Positions 24,083 to 36,760 of a stretch of DNA of 64,000 nt are shown here, piece after piece. The stretch spans positions 4,714,001-4,778,000 of the forward strand of contig NC_058383.1 of the NCBI RefSeq assembly GCF_018350175.1, read 5' to 3'. Origin of the DNA: Felis catus. Lineage: Eukaryota. The notes under the pieces were generated by a model that was given only the letters and a program-made list of their open reading frames with translations, was not told the origin of the DNA and did no database searches. The translations under genes and the position numbers were made by a program. Position 1 is the stretch's first letter; the number at the start of each line of letters is the position of its first letter.

Positions 24083-24899
24083 GAGTCAGGCCCTTTTAAA
24101 GAACGTTCCTGGAAGCCCCACGTAATTATCTTTTCCTTACCTTTTAACTGGCCACTTCTGTATACAGAGGAGGCTGGGAAGTGTCATTGGGGCACGTTGG
24201 CTCGCCCAGCAGTGTAGAGGTTCTTTTAGAGCAAAGGAAGGAAAGAATGGATACAGAGTGGACAACGAGGGAGGATGAAGGGAATAAAGTTAAGGGGAAG
24301 TAATAAAAGTGATATCGATCTGGGTGAGACAGCACAGCAAATTTGCATTCACCACACTCCTTGTTTTGGTCACACAACGACGAAAGATAAAATCTGTCAA
24401 CAGGTAATGAAGAAGACAGAGCCAGGCTCAGAAAGCAGGGCAGACATCTCTTTGAACCAAAAAATGAGCAGAAACAGTGTGCGTGGTGAGAGAAAAGGCC
24501 TCATGGACTCATGGGTTTGGGAGTGAGCAGGAGGCATTGGAGGCTCAGCTCTGGGGGAAAGCCCTTATGAGAAAGGGACCCCAGGCAGGTTCACTGGGTG
24601 AAACAGAGCTGGGAACCAGGGCTGCCCACCTGCTGCTGGGGACGGTGGGTTACAGGGAGCTGAGGGCCTAGGGAGGTGGGCGAAGAGGACTGAGAGCCAG
24701 CTTCCTGACCGGGAGTCCAGCCCAGCTGCGTGTGCCTCCTTTCCTGGGTCTGCGGCATGCCTGGTATCATCATGGAGCAGTAGCTCAGGGCACTGTTAGC
24801 ACATTTCTTGGTTACCATGGAGGTAACCAACAAATGGTAGACTCCAGGACAAGGAGAGAGAGAGAGAGAGACTGGAACTCAAACACTGGCCAAAGAAAC

Positions 24900-26640
24900 C
24901 AACAAATAAAAACCCTCCTCCTCAAGATGAGACTGCCTGCAAAGTAAGTTACCAAAATATGAAGAAATCTAATGCCAAGAAAAAGTAGACAAATTTACCA
25001 ATCAAAGCATGACACAAATTAAGCTTATGGAACAATATGACAAGAACCTAAATATGTATGTCCGGGGTAGTCGGGTATAAATAAAGACATAACTTCAAAA
25101 CTGAAAAACAAATTACAAAGCAAAAATTGCACGGAGCCTCACAGTGGCCTCTGCGGCTGCCAGTTACGGGAAGATGTAGCATCAGCGTTCAGCGTGTGTC
25201 TCCAGGTGGAAACAAGACCCTGGTTCCTCCCCGCCGCGAATCTTGCCTGAAGAGTTTACTTCAAGGCCTGTGATGCTCCATGCTGGCTTTTCCAGCCGAG
25301 GACCCTTCTTCCCTTCTGGCCTGATTTTCATCCACAGCTGTGCTCTTCCATGTGCAACTTCTCGGGCGTATTTCCGACTCTGCTGGTCTCCCCCATTTCA
25401 CAGAGACCTACTTCCTGAAGCCGTCCATCCTCATGCTCAAATTGGACCGATGCATAGCTGTTGTCCCTGGCAGGTCCTTCTCCTGGACTGGCTCCACTAT
25501 TTCCTGCATCCCGAACCTTCCTCTTTCTTGGTTGACTCTTTCATTCCGTGACACGCCTCCTAAGAGTGGTCAGAAGATGGCCGATTTTCTGAATTCTTGC
25601 GTATCTAAAAATATCATTTGTCCTCATCACTAGAATACCATGGCTGGATATAGAATTCTAAGCTGGAAATTTTTTTTTCCTTACAGGAAAAAAAATCAGC
25701 CTAGTAGCATTGAGCACCCCAGCACCAAATTGTGGTCCCTAAATATCATTTCGCACTAAAGGAATCCTGGCTCCTTGGAGAATTGGTTGATTACAGGGTT
25801 GGGATAGGAAAATTGGAAGGCAAACCTGAGATATCTTGTCATTCCAGAAAATAGGGAGGCTGTCAACTTGGGGTGAGTGGGGATAGTTTATGGCCACAGG
25901 CCCAGAAATACCTTAGCAAAGGCCATGAGTTGTTTCTTTTAATAATCTATTCACATGTTTAAAAGAAATAGAAAAATGCAAGCCACTCACCTCTGTAAAA
26001 TTTAGAACAAAGATGAAAATGATTGTGGATGCCCCGTGTTGGCGAGGCCACGGACCAGCAGCACTTTCTCACTGCACTGGGAGAAGAATATACCATGGGA
26101 CTGCTTGGCCTTTCTTGGTGGCAATTTAGTTATATCCAGAATTTTAAACATACATGCCTTTTGACCTAGCAACATCACCTCTAGTACTTTTTCTCAAACA
26201 GACAATTGAACATCTACAGAACTGCATGGAAATATGTACGAGAACCTACATTGCAGCATTGTTTGTAATCAGGAGAAGCTGGAAACAACCGAATACCCAT
26301 TGTTGGAGATATAGGTACATAAACTATGGTACACCCATTAAGTGAAATGCTATGACGGAGCAGTTAAAATGAGTGAGGTAGGTCTGTCCAGTAGGAAAGA
26401 AATGTCCTGGTACGTTGTTAAATGAAAAGAGAAAGTTGCAAGGGGCACACAAAGCAATCCCCAGCTGTGAAACATCTCTGTGTACGTGGAAGAAATGTGC
26501 CCCCATGCCCTCCTGCATCAACTGTGGTGCCTGATGGCTGGATGCAGTGTGACGCTTTAGGAGATGAGAAGTATGCACATAACACACTTTTCTACTGTTG
26601 GGAGTTCTGACAACTACCATGTGCTTTATCATCAGGAAAA
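24900..26640. mobile_element. Decayed LINE-1-derived fragments
   Basis: L1 3'-like motifs (cattgcagcattgtttgtaat, ggaaacaacc, aaactatggtac) at 25950-26450 plus other fragments. Confidence 0.45.
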
Positions 26641-27881
26641 AAATTAAATAATGAACAAGGATCATAAAGCTTTATTTAATAAATATAACCAAAAAATCTC
26701 AAAATACTTTATTCCATATGTAGCCAATTAGAGAAAGAAAAAAAGTTAGAAGGAAGTGTCTGAAGAGATCAAGTGTAAGGGTCAGGAGACAGGGAGGAGG
26801 TTGGGGAAATACAAGCAGTAGACAAACAGGAAAATGACAAAGGTGGGTGGAGGCCAGAGGGATGCTCAGAGCCTCAAAACTCTCAGAGTACCTCCTTTCA
26901 TGGGTCACATCTCACGGGGGCTTCCACTCCTTGGCAATGATCGAAGCTGATAAACTGATACTTGGGGAACTGATTAGGGACTCCATTAATTGAGAAGTCC
27001 TCTCAACACCAGAAGGGCTTTTTTTTTTTTTCTGTGACCATCAGGATTGCCCCCCCCCCCATCCCCCAAATAAAAAAGAATTTGGCTGGACGTCTCTAAG
27101 CCCTATCAGGGAAGAATTTACCTTTTCTGAATAGACTTCAAGATCCTCAAGGCTATCAATTTTTAACTAGGTCTTAACCTCCATTTGCCTCTCAAAGCCT
27201 GTCTTTTTTTTTTTTTTTTTTTTAAACTGAAATATTGGGCTCGGTTCTGATGCTTCGAAATCACCTTTGAAAGAGAATTTACTTCATAGTTTGTATTTTC
27301 CAAATGCTTGGGGAAAGGGTGGGAGGTCAGATCTGGTTGGGGGGACATCATGTGGCGAGCAGATAGTCAGTAAATCAGCTCAAAGGAAGGTGTTTGGGGT
27401 CCTGGGATGTGCGCTTCTCCCCGGCACAGAGCAGGTAAGCCCGGATAAGCCCACGAAGCGCTGGGGCCTCTGAGGAAATGTCTGGGACTCGGCAGGTGTC
27501 TGGACCCCCAGGAAGGGGACCTGGCCCCTCTCCTTTGACCGCGGGAAAGCTGGAGCAAACAATCCCAAACACAGTAAGGTTCCAGGATGGGTGTATTACA
27601 AAGAGCATGTGGCAGTGTGGCTGGGGACTCCCAGAGAGACGTGGCGGACACAGGCAGCAGGCCAAAGCTCATCGTGGGCTGACTCCTCGGAGGCCAATTT
27701 TAGTTTCTGAAAGGAGAAACTCCTTAAAACAAACAAACAAACAAACAAACAAAACGCTTTTTTCTTCTTTTTCTTTTTTGCAAAAACAAGGCCTGAGCCC
27801 TCACAGAGAGCCTCCCTGAGGGCACGGAGGGGCCGAGCGGCAACAACACGGAATGCAGTCAGAAAGCTCATTTCTCCACTC

Positions 27882-27887
27882 TTTATT
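27882..27887 (-). terminator. ZNF316: Probable ZNF316 polyadenylation signal
   Basis: AATAAA on the minus strand ~1.9 kb after the stop, followed by GU-rich sequence (tgcattccgtgttgttgcc). Confidence 0.65.
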
Positions 27888-29479
27888 AAAGCTAGGTCCT
27901 CCTGCCGATGGCTCCGCGGCCAGGCGGCAGCAGCTGGGGCCCAGGAGGGGCACCGAAGGTCAGGTCGTACTCTGAGGGGTGTGCACGGAGGGAGGAGCAC
28001 GGAGCCGGACCCCGGCCGCGCAGGGCTAGTCCGCCTTGCCCTTGGCCCCCGACGTTCCCGGCCCACAGGGAGAGCAAAGAAACTGAGGGCAGGAAGGCAT
28101 CGCCCAGCACTGCGGACGCCTCCCGGGACCCCTGTCCTCCTGGTCGCCCACCCCACCCCGTCACCTCATCCAGCCAGGCGAATTCTTACCACCACCGTCC
28201 ACGCCCCCGCCCCACCCACCAACTACTGCGCTTCCTACCCCGCCCCCAGCGCTGGAGAGCCCGGCTGCTGGCTCTCAGGCCCCAAGGCCATGCCTACACT
28301 AAAACAGAAGGAACTAGGTCTAAAAGGGAATGCAGTTGTTTCAAAGTCTGTTTTCTGGCCCCACTCACATTGGCCCAAAAGGCATGAGGGAAGAGAGGGC
28401 TCTCACGTGAGCCACACTTCAGCTGCCTGCCCAGTGGCTCCCAATGGCCCAACCCGGAGGGTGGGGTGCCCACCAGGGGCGGGCCTTGCATAGCTGGGTG
28501 CCTGGCTTGTCACTGAGCCACAGGCTCAAGTCCGCACCCCCAGAGGTGGACTGCCACTGTGCAGACTGTCCATCCTGTGAAATGGGATTCTAAACGGAAA
28601 CACTACTTGCTTCTAGTACAGAATAGTGACAGAAGCAGAGTTAAAGGGACCTGCAGACATCACAGGGCCCCAAGCCCGTAGGGTTGTGAGAAACGATCCT
28701 GCTGCCGACCTGCTGCTTTACAGTTGGTTATTAAATCTAAAGAAGCATTGGGCTCAGAGGGCAGGGCCTTGTGTGTCCACCTGCCCCAGGGGAGGGGACA
28801 GCCCAGGCAGCTGAAGGCTGGGGCCTTGGCTCAGCGGCGGGCAAGAGGCCCCCAAGGATCTCTGAGTGTGCCGCCTCTGGCTGTCGGGGGTGAGAGTACC
28901 GAAGGGCTCGAAGAGGAGGCTGAGACCGAAACCTACCCGGCAACACGAGTGCCTGGCTGATCCGGGTGCTCCAGTGGGGTGGGGAGAGTGGGTGACTCTC
29001 CCCAGAGTAAGGCTTCAAACTCCCTCAGGACCCTGCAAACACCTGCAACCCACCAGCCTGGGGCCACAAATTTGGTTTCTGCCGTTTTCTCCTCCCAGAT
29101 TCTTCAGGCCACACAAGAGATGGAAATAAATATCCACAGTAGACAGAATAAAAGCTCTCCTAGCTGCATGTCTGTCCCCCCGGGTAGGGAGGAACATCGT
29201 CCTCTGGAAACCCTAAGGCTTCCCCTTAGCCACGCGCAGTCCCTAAAACTTCCTGGACACACTCAAATGACCAGAAGGTCCCTGAAGTCTCTCACTGAGG
29301 AATGGAAGAAGTCGTCAGCCGAACCCACGGGAGGAGGAACGGGATGCTCTGCCCTCGACCACCCTCCCCTCCCCTTGACGCAAGGGCATCCCCGCCCTCG
29401 CTGTACAACCCACTCACAAACTCGTCGGCCGCCGGTACCCCAGGCCACCCAAATTGGAATCCGAGTGAAATAAATAACA

Positions 29480-32120
29480 TCGCCCGCCATCCCTACCGCT
29501 TGGCTTCACAGCACAGACCCAGGGATGCCGCAGTCTTGGTCGGGGTGGCCGCCCCCTGCCCTCGCCTCCTCCGCGCGCGCGGCTCTCCTCTCCCCGCGCG
29601 CCCCCGGTACGGCCGGACGGGCTTGGCGGCCCGGTTTCCCCGGGGCCGGGCAGGAGGGGCGCCCGAGGCCGGGCGGGGGCGGGCGGGGCGGTGCGCCGGG
29701 GGCTGAGGGGAAGGCACCGCACCAGGACTGGGGCCCTCAGCACCCCAAGGACAGAGGAGCAAGGGGCCGGCGGCCCAGCGGGCTGCGCCTCCGTCAGCCT
29801 CGGGCCATCACAGGATGCTCTCCTCGTAGGCGCCCGAGGGCCCCGCGAAGGCGGCCGCGGGCTCGGAGCCGAAGCTCGTTCCGCCCGCGAACTCCAGCAG
29901 GGTGCTGCCGCGCTCCCCGGGCCCGCTGCCCGCGCCCGGCGGCCCCTTGGCGGGCGCCTCGGCCTTGGACGCGGGGGGCGCGGCCGCCGAGCCGGGGGTG
30001 CCGGCCGCGCTGCGGTGCGTCTTCATGTGAGTGAGCAGGTGCGAGCTCTGCGAGAAGCGGCGGCCGCAGTTGGCGCAGGCGTACGGCCGCTCGCCCGTGT
30101 GCGTGCGCTGGTGCGTGACGAGCACCGAGCGCTGCGAGAAGCGCTTGCCGCACTCGGGGCACGGGAAGGGCCGCTCGCCCGTGTGGCCGCGCCGGTGCTT
30201 GGCCAGGTTGGAGCGCTGCGCGAAGCCGCGGCCGCAGTCGGTGCAGCGGAAGGGCTTCTCGCCCGTGTGCGTGCGCCGGTGCCGCTTGAAGTCTGAGCTG
30301 TGGCCGAAGCCCTTGCCGCAGTCGGGGCAGCGGTGCGGCTTCTCCTCGGCGTGCGCCCACTGGTGCCGCGTCAGCGCCGCGCTCTGCCCGAAGCGGCGGC
30401 CGCACTCGCCGCACGCGTAGGGCCGCTCGCCCGTGTGCGCGCGCCCGTGCGCCGTCAGGTGCGCGCGCCGGCTGAAGCCCGCGCCGCACACGCCGCACAC
30501 GAAAGGCTTCTCGCCCGTGTGGCCGCGCACGTGCGCCGCCAGGTGCGAGCCGCGGGCGAAGCGCGCGCCGCACTCGGGGCACGGGAAGGGCCGCTCGCCC
30601 GTGTGCGTGCGGCGGTGGCGCGCCAGGTGCGAGCCGTACACGAAGCTCTTGCCGCAGTCCGCGCAGCGGTGCGGCCGCTCGCCCGCGTGGTAGCGCTGGT
30701 GCTTGGCCAGCGCCGCCCGGCGCCCGAACGTCTTGCCGCAGTCGGAGCAGATCCACGGGCTCTCCTCCTCGGCCAGCGCCGCGGGCGCAGGCTCGGCCAG
30801 CAGCCCCCCGACGGCCGGCGCGAACGCGCGGAGCCCGCCGCCGCCGCCGCCGCCGCCCCCCGGTCCGCTGCCGCCGAAGGGGTCGCAGGCCAGCCCCGCG
30901 CCCTCCACCAGGGCGAGTCGGCCCCCTAGGGGTCCCGGCAGGGGGCGCCCGTCGGCCGGCAGCCGGTCCCCGAAGTCCGGGAGGCCCAGGATCGGGAAGC
31001 CGTCCGGGTGGAGCCAGGACTTAGGGTGCACGGGAAAGTGGAAGCCGAGGGGGTGCGAGGAAGGGCCTTCGCCCTCCCCCAGGCCGTTGCCCACCTCGAG
31101 GAACCGCCTGTCCGGCTCGGGGTCCTCCTTGCTCCCGGGGGTGGGCCCCACCGCCGCCGCCTCCTCTCTCGCCTCCACCTCGGCCTCTCCGTCCGCTTCG
31201 CCGGCCTCGGCCTCCTCCGGCCCCTCCGGTCCGGCCTCGGCCTCCTCGTGCCCCGCCGCAGGGACCGCGTCGCAGGCCTCCCGCCGAGGGCCTTCGCCGC
31301 CGGGCTCCGTGCAACCGCCGCCGCGCCGGTGGCGCTGGAAGTCGGCGCGCAGGCGGAAGGCCTGGCCGCAGTCGGGGCAGCAGTGCGGCCGGTCGGCCGT
31401 GTGCACCGCCTGGTGCCGCGCAAGCGCCGAGCTCTGGCTGAAGCTGCGGCCGCAGTGCGGACACGGGTAGGGCCGCTCTCCGGTGTGCGTGCGCTGGTGC
31501 GTGACCAGGTAGGAGCGGCGCCCGAAGCCCGCACCGCAGAAGGCGCAACGGTAGGGCCGCTCGCCCGTGTGGATGCGCCGGTGCGTGACCAGGTGCGACT
31601 TGTAGACGAAGCGCTTGCCGCAGTCCGGGCACGGGAAGGGCTTCTCTCCGGTGTGCGTGCGCTGGTGGATGGCCAGGTGCGAGCGGTACACGAAGCCCTT
31701 GCCGCACTCGTCGCAGCCGAAGGGCTTGACGGCCGCGTGGTAGCGCTGGTGCTTGGCCAGCCGGGACCGGTGCGGGAACACTTTGCCGCACACGTCGCAC
31801 GTGGTCTCGGGCCGCCCTGCCGGAGCAGCCACGGTGGCAGGGAACGCCCAAGGTGCCAGCAGGTTCGCGCCAGGCTCCCGGCCCGGCAGGAAAGGCTTCG
31901 CCTCGGACCCCTCGGCCAGAACCCCGAGGCCCCCGGGGTCGGGACCCCAACCCTCCGGAGTCTGCGCCGAATCCGAGTCATCGGGGCCCCATGTCCCAGG
32001 CACGTCCCCCACGCCATAAGCTGCTGACCAGAGCCCCGGGGGCTCGTTCTCCTCCTCGGCCACCTCCGCCAGGAAGTCCTCGTCCTCCTCCTCCTCGTGG
32101 TCCTCTATATCGTCGGTCCA
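29480..32120. promoter_or_regulatory. Intragenic CpG island over the ZNF316 last exon
   Basis: Dense CpG and very high GC through the zinc-finger exon and proximal 3' UTR. Confidence 0.8.
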
Positions 32121-32131
32121 GAACCAGGCCC
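29808..32131 (-). CDS. ZNF316: ZNF316 final coding exon, 15 C2H2-type zinc fingers in two clusters (6+9)
   Basis: tttgtcaccttcAG acceptor; 2324 nt completes the frame to TGA at 29810-29808; TGEKP/TGERP linkers; the five exons sum to 3039 nt. Confidence 0.97.
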
Positions 32132-35100
32132 CTGAAGGTGACAAAGGCAGGCCAGAAGAAAGAGGTGAGAGGCAGCTCCTTGCAGGCTCCTCCCCCTGAG
32201 AAATCGCAGCTTGGGCGGGACCATCCCCCGTCTGGGACAGGGCACCTCCGTTTCAGTGAAGCCACCGCCTCCCCCGTGGGTGTCCTTCCTAGGGAAGCCG
32301 AGATCCTTCACTTCTTAGACTGTTCTCAAACAGCATCAACTAATTAATGCCACCTGCTGAGGAACAGGGATGCTCTGCAAAGTTGGTGACCTTGCCTGCA
32401 GGCTCCTGTGAGAATATTACAGGGGGCAGGGGTCCTGTGCTCAGAAAAAGATCCCCAAGCTGTTTTCCTCAAAGCCCCTTGTGTTCCAGAGGATTCCACC
32501 CCCCACCCCTGCTTGGCCCAAGGACAGCAAAACTGTGGTGCCAGCACAGCCCCGGGCCCCTGCCGCTGAGGGCCTGCCCTCCTAAGCACCTAAGCTTTGC
32601 CGGGCAGCCCTTCACGTCTGAATTCTTCACCAGCCTCAGGCTGGCCAGCAGCCATGGGTCTCCCTCCCATACTCAAGAGCAGAACCAGAAAAGCTACCTT
32701 AAGTGGAGGGGACCCAGAGGGGCCACTGGGCCCCAGCTCTCTGCACTCATCCTAACAGCCACCAGCAACTATTCAGGTATAGCCCATGCTCCCCTGCTAA
32801 GCCACCCCAAAGCTGGGCTTTTTCTGAGTGTGCATCTGGGAAACAGTCCCCAGGTGGCTAAGACTGGGGGAACTGCATGCACCTTATCACAGAAGGCCAA
32901 AGACAGACCCCTCTCCAAGGGCCTGCGGTTCTGTACCTCCCCCAGCAAACCGCACCCCGACCTCTCCCTTCAGTGCAGGTCATGGATATGGACTGGGGCC
33001 TGCAGGGTTTTCTACTTTATATAATGGAGTCCTGATATACCTGCCATTATGATACACCCAGGAGGGAACTACTATCTACGGAGCAGGCACTGAATCCCAG
33101 GGAACAGAAGGGAAAAGCCTGACCCACGGTGGCCCCAGGTGTTCCAAAGTACCTGTGTGCCTACTTTCTCATGAATACTTTGCCCCACGTGTGTCCACAG
33201 TGGGTGCAAACCATTGCTGTAGCCCACTTCAGAACCCTAACGTCTGGAAGGCTCGGGCTCCGAGGGTGGGAATCCCTTCTACCCCACCTGGGTCCGCCAC
33301 CAAAACTGTGGCCAGTGCCAGGCATCACCTGGCTGGATGAGTCTGATTGCTGAGTCCTGCCCCCAAGGGAAGGTCCGGGCCCGGCAGGGCTGCCCACCCC
33401 CGGCTCAGCCCTCGTCCTGTATTTCTGTACGGCACTCTACATGTACGGTGATATGGTCACATGGGCAAACCCAGCACAGCGCAGAGTGAAATAAAGCCAG
33501 ACACAGGCATGATTTCAGCTGTGAAAAAAAAACCACACATCATGTAAAGGGATACAGAGATGGGTTATTTTATTTTTTCATAATTGCAATCCTTTAAATT
33601 TTCTACAGTTAATAATATACCGTTGTAGTAAAAATAAGCTTTAAGCAAGAGACAGAAGTTCCCTGAACTCAGCTCAGTTTGCCTGCAGGTGCCACCCAGG
33701 GCATGAGTGGGTGCTGTGGAGTGGCAGCGACCTCAACAGCACAGGGGACATGCTCCTCACTGCCGAGACTGCAGTGCCCTCACGAGATGGGACTGTCGGT
33801 GGGAGGGTCAGGCAGTTGAGCGGATAGAGCCACTGGAATTCTTTCCGTGAGTCTCAAAAAGAATTTTAACTCAAGACTCTGGTGAGGGTCGTGAGTAGTT
33901 TGAATGAGACTCCCTAAGGCAGGGGGAATTCAAGCTGAGGAACAAGTGCAATGTCTTAGTGGGGTGACTGTGCACCCCAGGACCTAGCCTAGGGGCAGCA
34001 CTTGCTGGCTCCAAAACAGCCACTCAGGCCAAATGAGGGCTCACCAACAGGTGACCTCGGCCACTCAGTACTGGAAGGGGTGGGCCAGGTCCCAGTGACT
34101 CACCCACCACACCTCCTCCTTGGGGTCCAGGAGCAGCAGAAAGTTTCCCCCATGCACCCCGGGGCGGGGGGTGAACCCTTGCCCTGCCCCTACCTCGAGC
34201 CTCTGAACAAGGCTCTACAGAGAGAGTGATCGTAAGAGGGACCTGGGGGACCGGGTCACTAGCCCTGGAACGAGCACAGCCATTTATCCGAGAACAAGGC
34301 GACACTTAACACACAGCCAGGTCATGGAGAGCACCACTAACACCAAGGGAAGGATGCTAAGGGCAGCCACGTCCCTAGCGGTCAGAGCTGGCTGCACCGC
34401 AAGACAGGACCTCCGGAAGGCACGGGGCCACAGGACGAAGAGCAGAGGAAGAGCAGCCTGCCCTAGGCTGGGCTCTGTTCCCTTGCCTCCTGTCACCAAA
34501 GTGGGCCAAGGTCTGGAGGTTGGGCCCTGGAGTGGGGGTGTCCCATGTAAGGGTCACTCCGGGCTGCAATGGGGACAGGGTTTCCAGGGGGGAACCTGGG
34601 ATCCAAGTGAGCACTTACCAGGTCTACTTGTGACACGAGAGCCAGGACAGAGAGGTTTTGCTCTGACAAAGAGGGTGACGGGACATTTTGCAACAGTGGC
34701 CTATGGGGTCAAACACAGTTGCTTCTTCCAGAATCCACAGGGAGAGGGTAGAGGGGAGGACCCTGAGTGGGAGCCGGTGTTCCATCCCCAGAGACATTGC
34801 TCCTAAGGAGTGTGACCCTGGGTGATTAGCTAGGCTGGAACCAGCCCTCAGAGGCCCAGTGACAATCCCAGGGGCTGACCAGTGGCAGCCTCAGCACAGC
34901 CCCCGAGGTACTTCTAGTAAGTGCCCTACCCAGGCGCTCATCAGAGGGCCTTGGGGAAGGGGAGGGCCCCTGGGCCACACACCTGGTGCACCTGTACCCC
35001 TGAGCTGCTCTGCATGACCGACACACAACGCCCGGAGAACGGTGCCACCGTTTACTAGGACTCCCACCCTCAGGCAGCCTCTGCCCCTGTCCAGGGACCC

Positions 35101-36229
35101 AGAGGCCTGCCCTCAGGCCCAACAGTGAGTCAACTGCGGGCCTGCTCTGACTGAACGCCTCTCTGCTGCAACCCCTAAGTAAAGTCCACACCTGCTCCTG
35201 CCTCTTCCTCCAGACCCGGAGCCTCGAGGTGGCCTTGGGGAGAGGCCCCCACCTGGGGACAGTTACCAAAGGAGGACACGGACAGGGGCTGGTGTGCTCA
35301 AAGCTGCGTATGGCTCCTTCCTCCAGGGCTGCCGGCCAGCTGCCTTTCCTCCCCACTGAGCAGGGATTTGGTAATCAGGGCTGGACTCCAGTGTGACAGC
35401 TCCCGACAGGGCCAGGTTTCTGTGCTTCGAACTGTCCTCCCGTGAGGGCAGAGCCCGCCCCCCATCGCTGGCCTCAGCCTCCTCATTTGTACCATGAACT
35501 GTAACACCAAGGATCAGTTATTAGCAAGAGCTCGAGGCCGGGCCCCTCCTCACTTGGAATGTTTCCTGGCTCCTTCCCCTTCTGCCGACACCGAACCCCG
35601 GGGTCTGAGGCAAGACGGCACCTCCGTGCCTTCTCCCTGGCTCAGACCACAAAGGGGGATCAGTGATATCCCAGGTCCCCTCGGGGGTGTGACAAAGGGA
35701 AAGCCCGTGCTGAGGTCTGACACGCCCCCACCCCAGTTCTCCCAAGGGCAGACAGGCGCTCACGGGCTGTGTGAGGTAGACACCACCTGCAGGCTGGCGC
35801 CCATCCTGTGCCTCCGCTCCACAGCCGCTCTGAGTTCCTCCTCTCCAGAACCACTCCCCGTGCTCACCCACCGTGGGATTCGCCCACCTTAGTGTTTTAC
35901 CTCTTACTGCCTTTAAATGTTCTATCTCTCCTGCATCATCTGCAGGCAGGTTTAACCCTGCATTCTGTACTCCTCGTCTGTCCTTCACTTTCACGTGAGG
36001 GGCAGGACCAGCAGCCAGCCCCACTGGGTGCCAGGCCCGCGCCAGGTACCGTGGAGACAGCACAGGGGTGGACAATACACAGTGCCAGCTCTTATGGAGT
36101 CTGCCGGAGGCAGCAGGCAGGAAATGAGGAAGCAAACATCCAGCCAGGACCGTTTCAGACAGCACTGTCTGCTGTACGTGCAGGAAACATCCTGGAGGAG
36201 GGCAGGAGGGAGTGCTCCTGAAGTCTATG

Positions 36230-36760
36230 TGGTCAGAGAACACGCGACTTAGTAGGGACCTAAGAGCTGAGCCAGCCACACAAAGGGCACTCTGGGCAGG
36301 GGAAACAGTAGGCACAAAGGCCCTGAGGCAGGCGAGAGCCTGAAGAGAAAGGCTGGCTGTGGAGCTGAGCCTGAAGACCCAAGGGTGTGTGAAGTGAGTC
36401 TGGCAGGGCGGCAGGTCTCAAGGCCACAGCAGAGAGCCCAGATGCTACTCCAAGCGCATGGGGAAACTTCCAGAGAGTAAGGCAGACGGCCAGCTCAGGA
36501 ACACCTGTGCCTGACGGCCTCATAGAAGCGTGGGATGGGGTAGCGCAAGGAAGGCAGAGGGACAAGGACCACTCAGGCAGGCAGCCAGGCCCACGCAGGT
36601 GCCCAGGACGCTGCAAGGGGGGCCTGCGGGGGACAAGCGGGGCCACTTCACGCTGGGGGCTGGGGGGATTCACTGCGGGACGCCCATCAGATAACTGAGT
36701 GGAGATGTCAAGCAGACAAGGTCAGGGCTGGAGAAAGCAGCTGAGAATGGGCAGCAGAGA
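36230..36760. mobile_element. Ancient L2-like fragment in a ZNF316 intron
   Basis: gcaggggaaacagtaggcacaaaggccctgaggcagg and gtggagatgtcaagcag motifs typical of L2. Confidence 0.5.

Noticed and set aside
29691..32027. Long antisense and alternate-frame ORFs over the ZNF316 finger exon (e.g. 31008-32027 +, 30926-32017 -)
   Set aside because: Expected from extreme GC content and finger periodicity; low-complexity translations with no independent gene signals.
29808..32144. Treating the 778-aa ORF as a stand-alone gene
   Set aside because: Its first codons are intronic; the acceptor before 32131 joins in frame to the KRAB-B exon.
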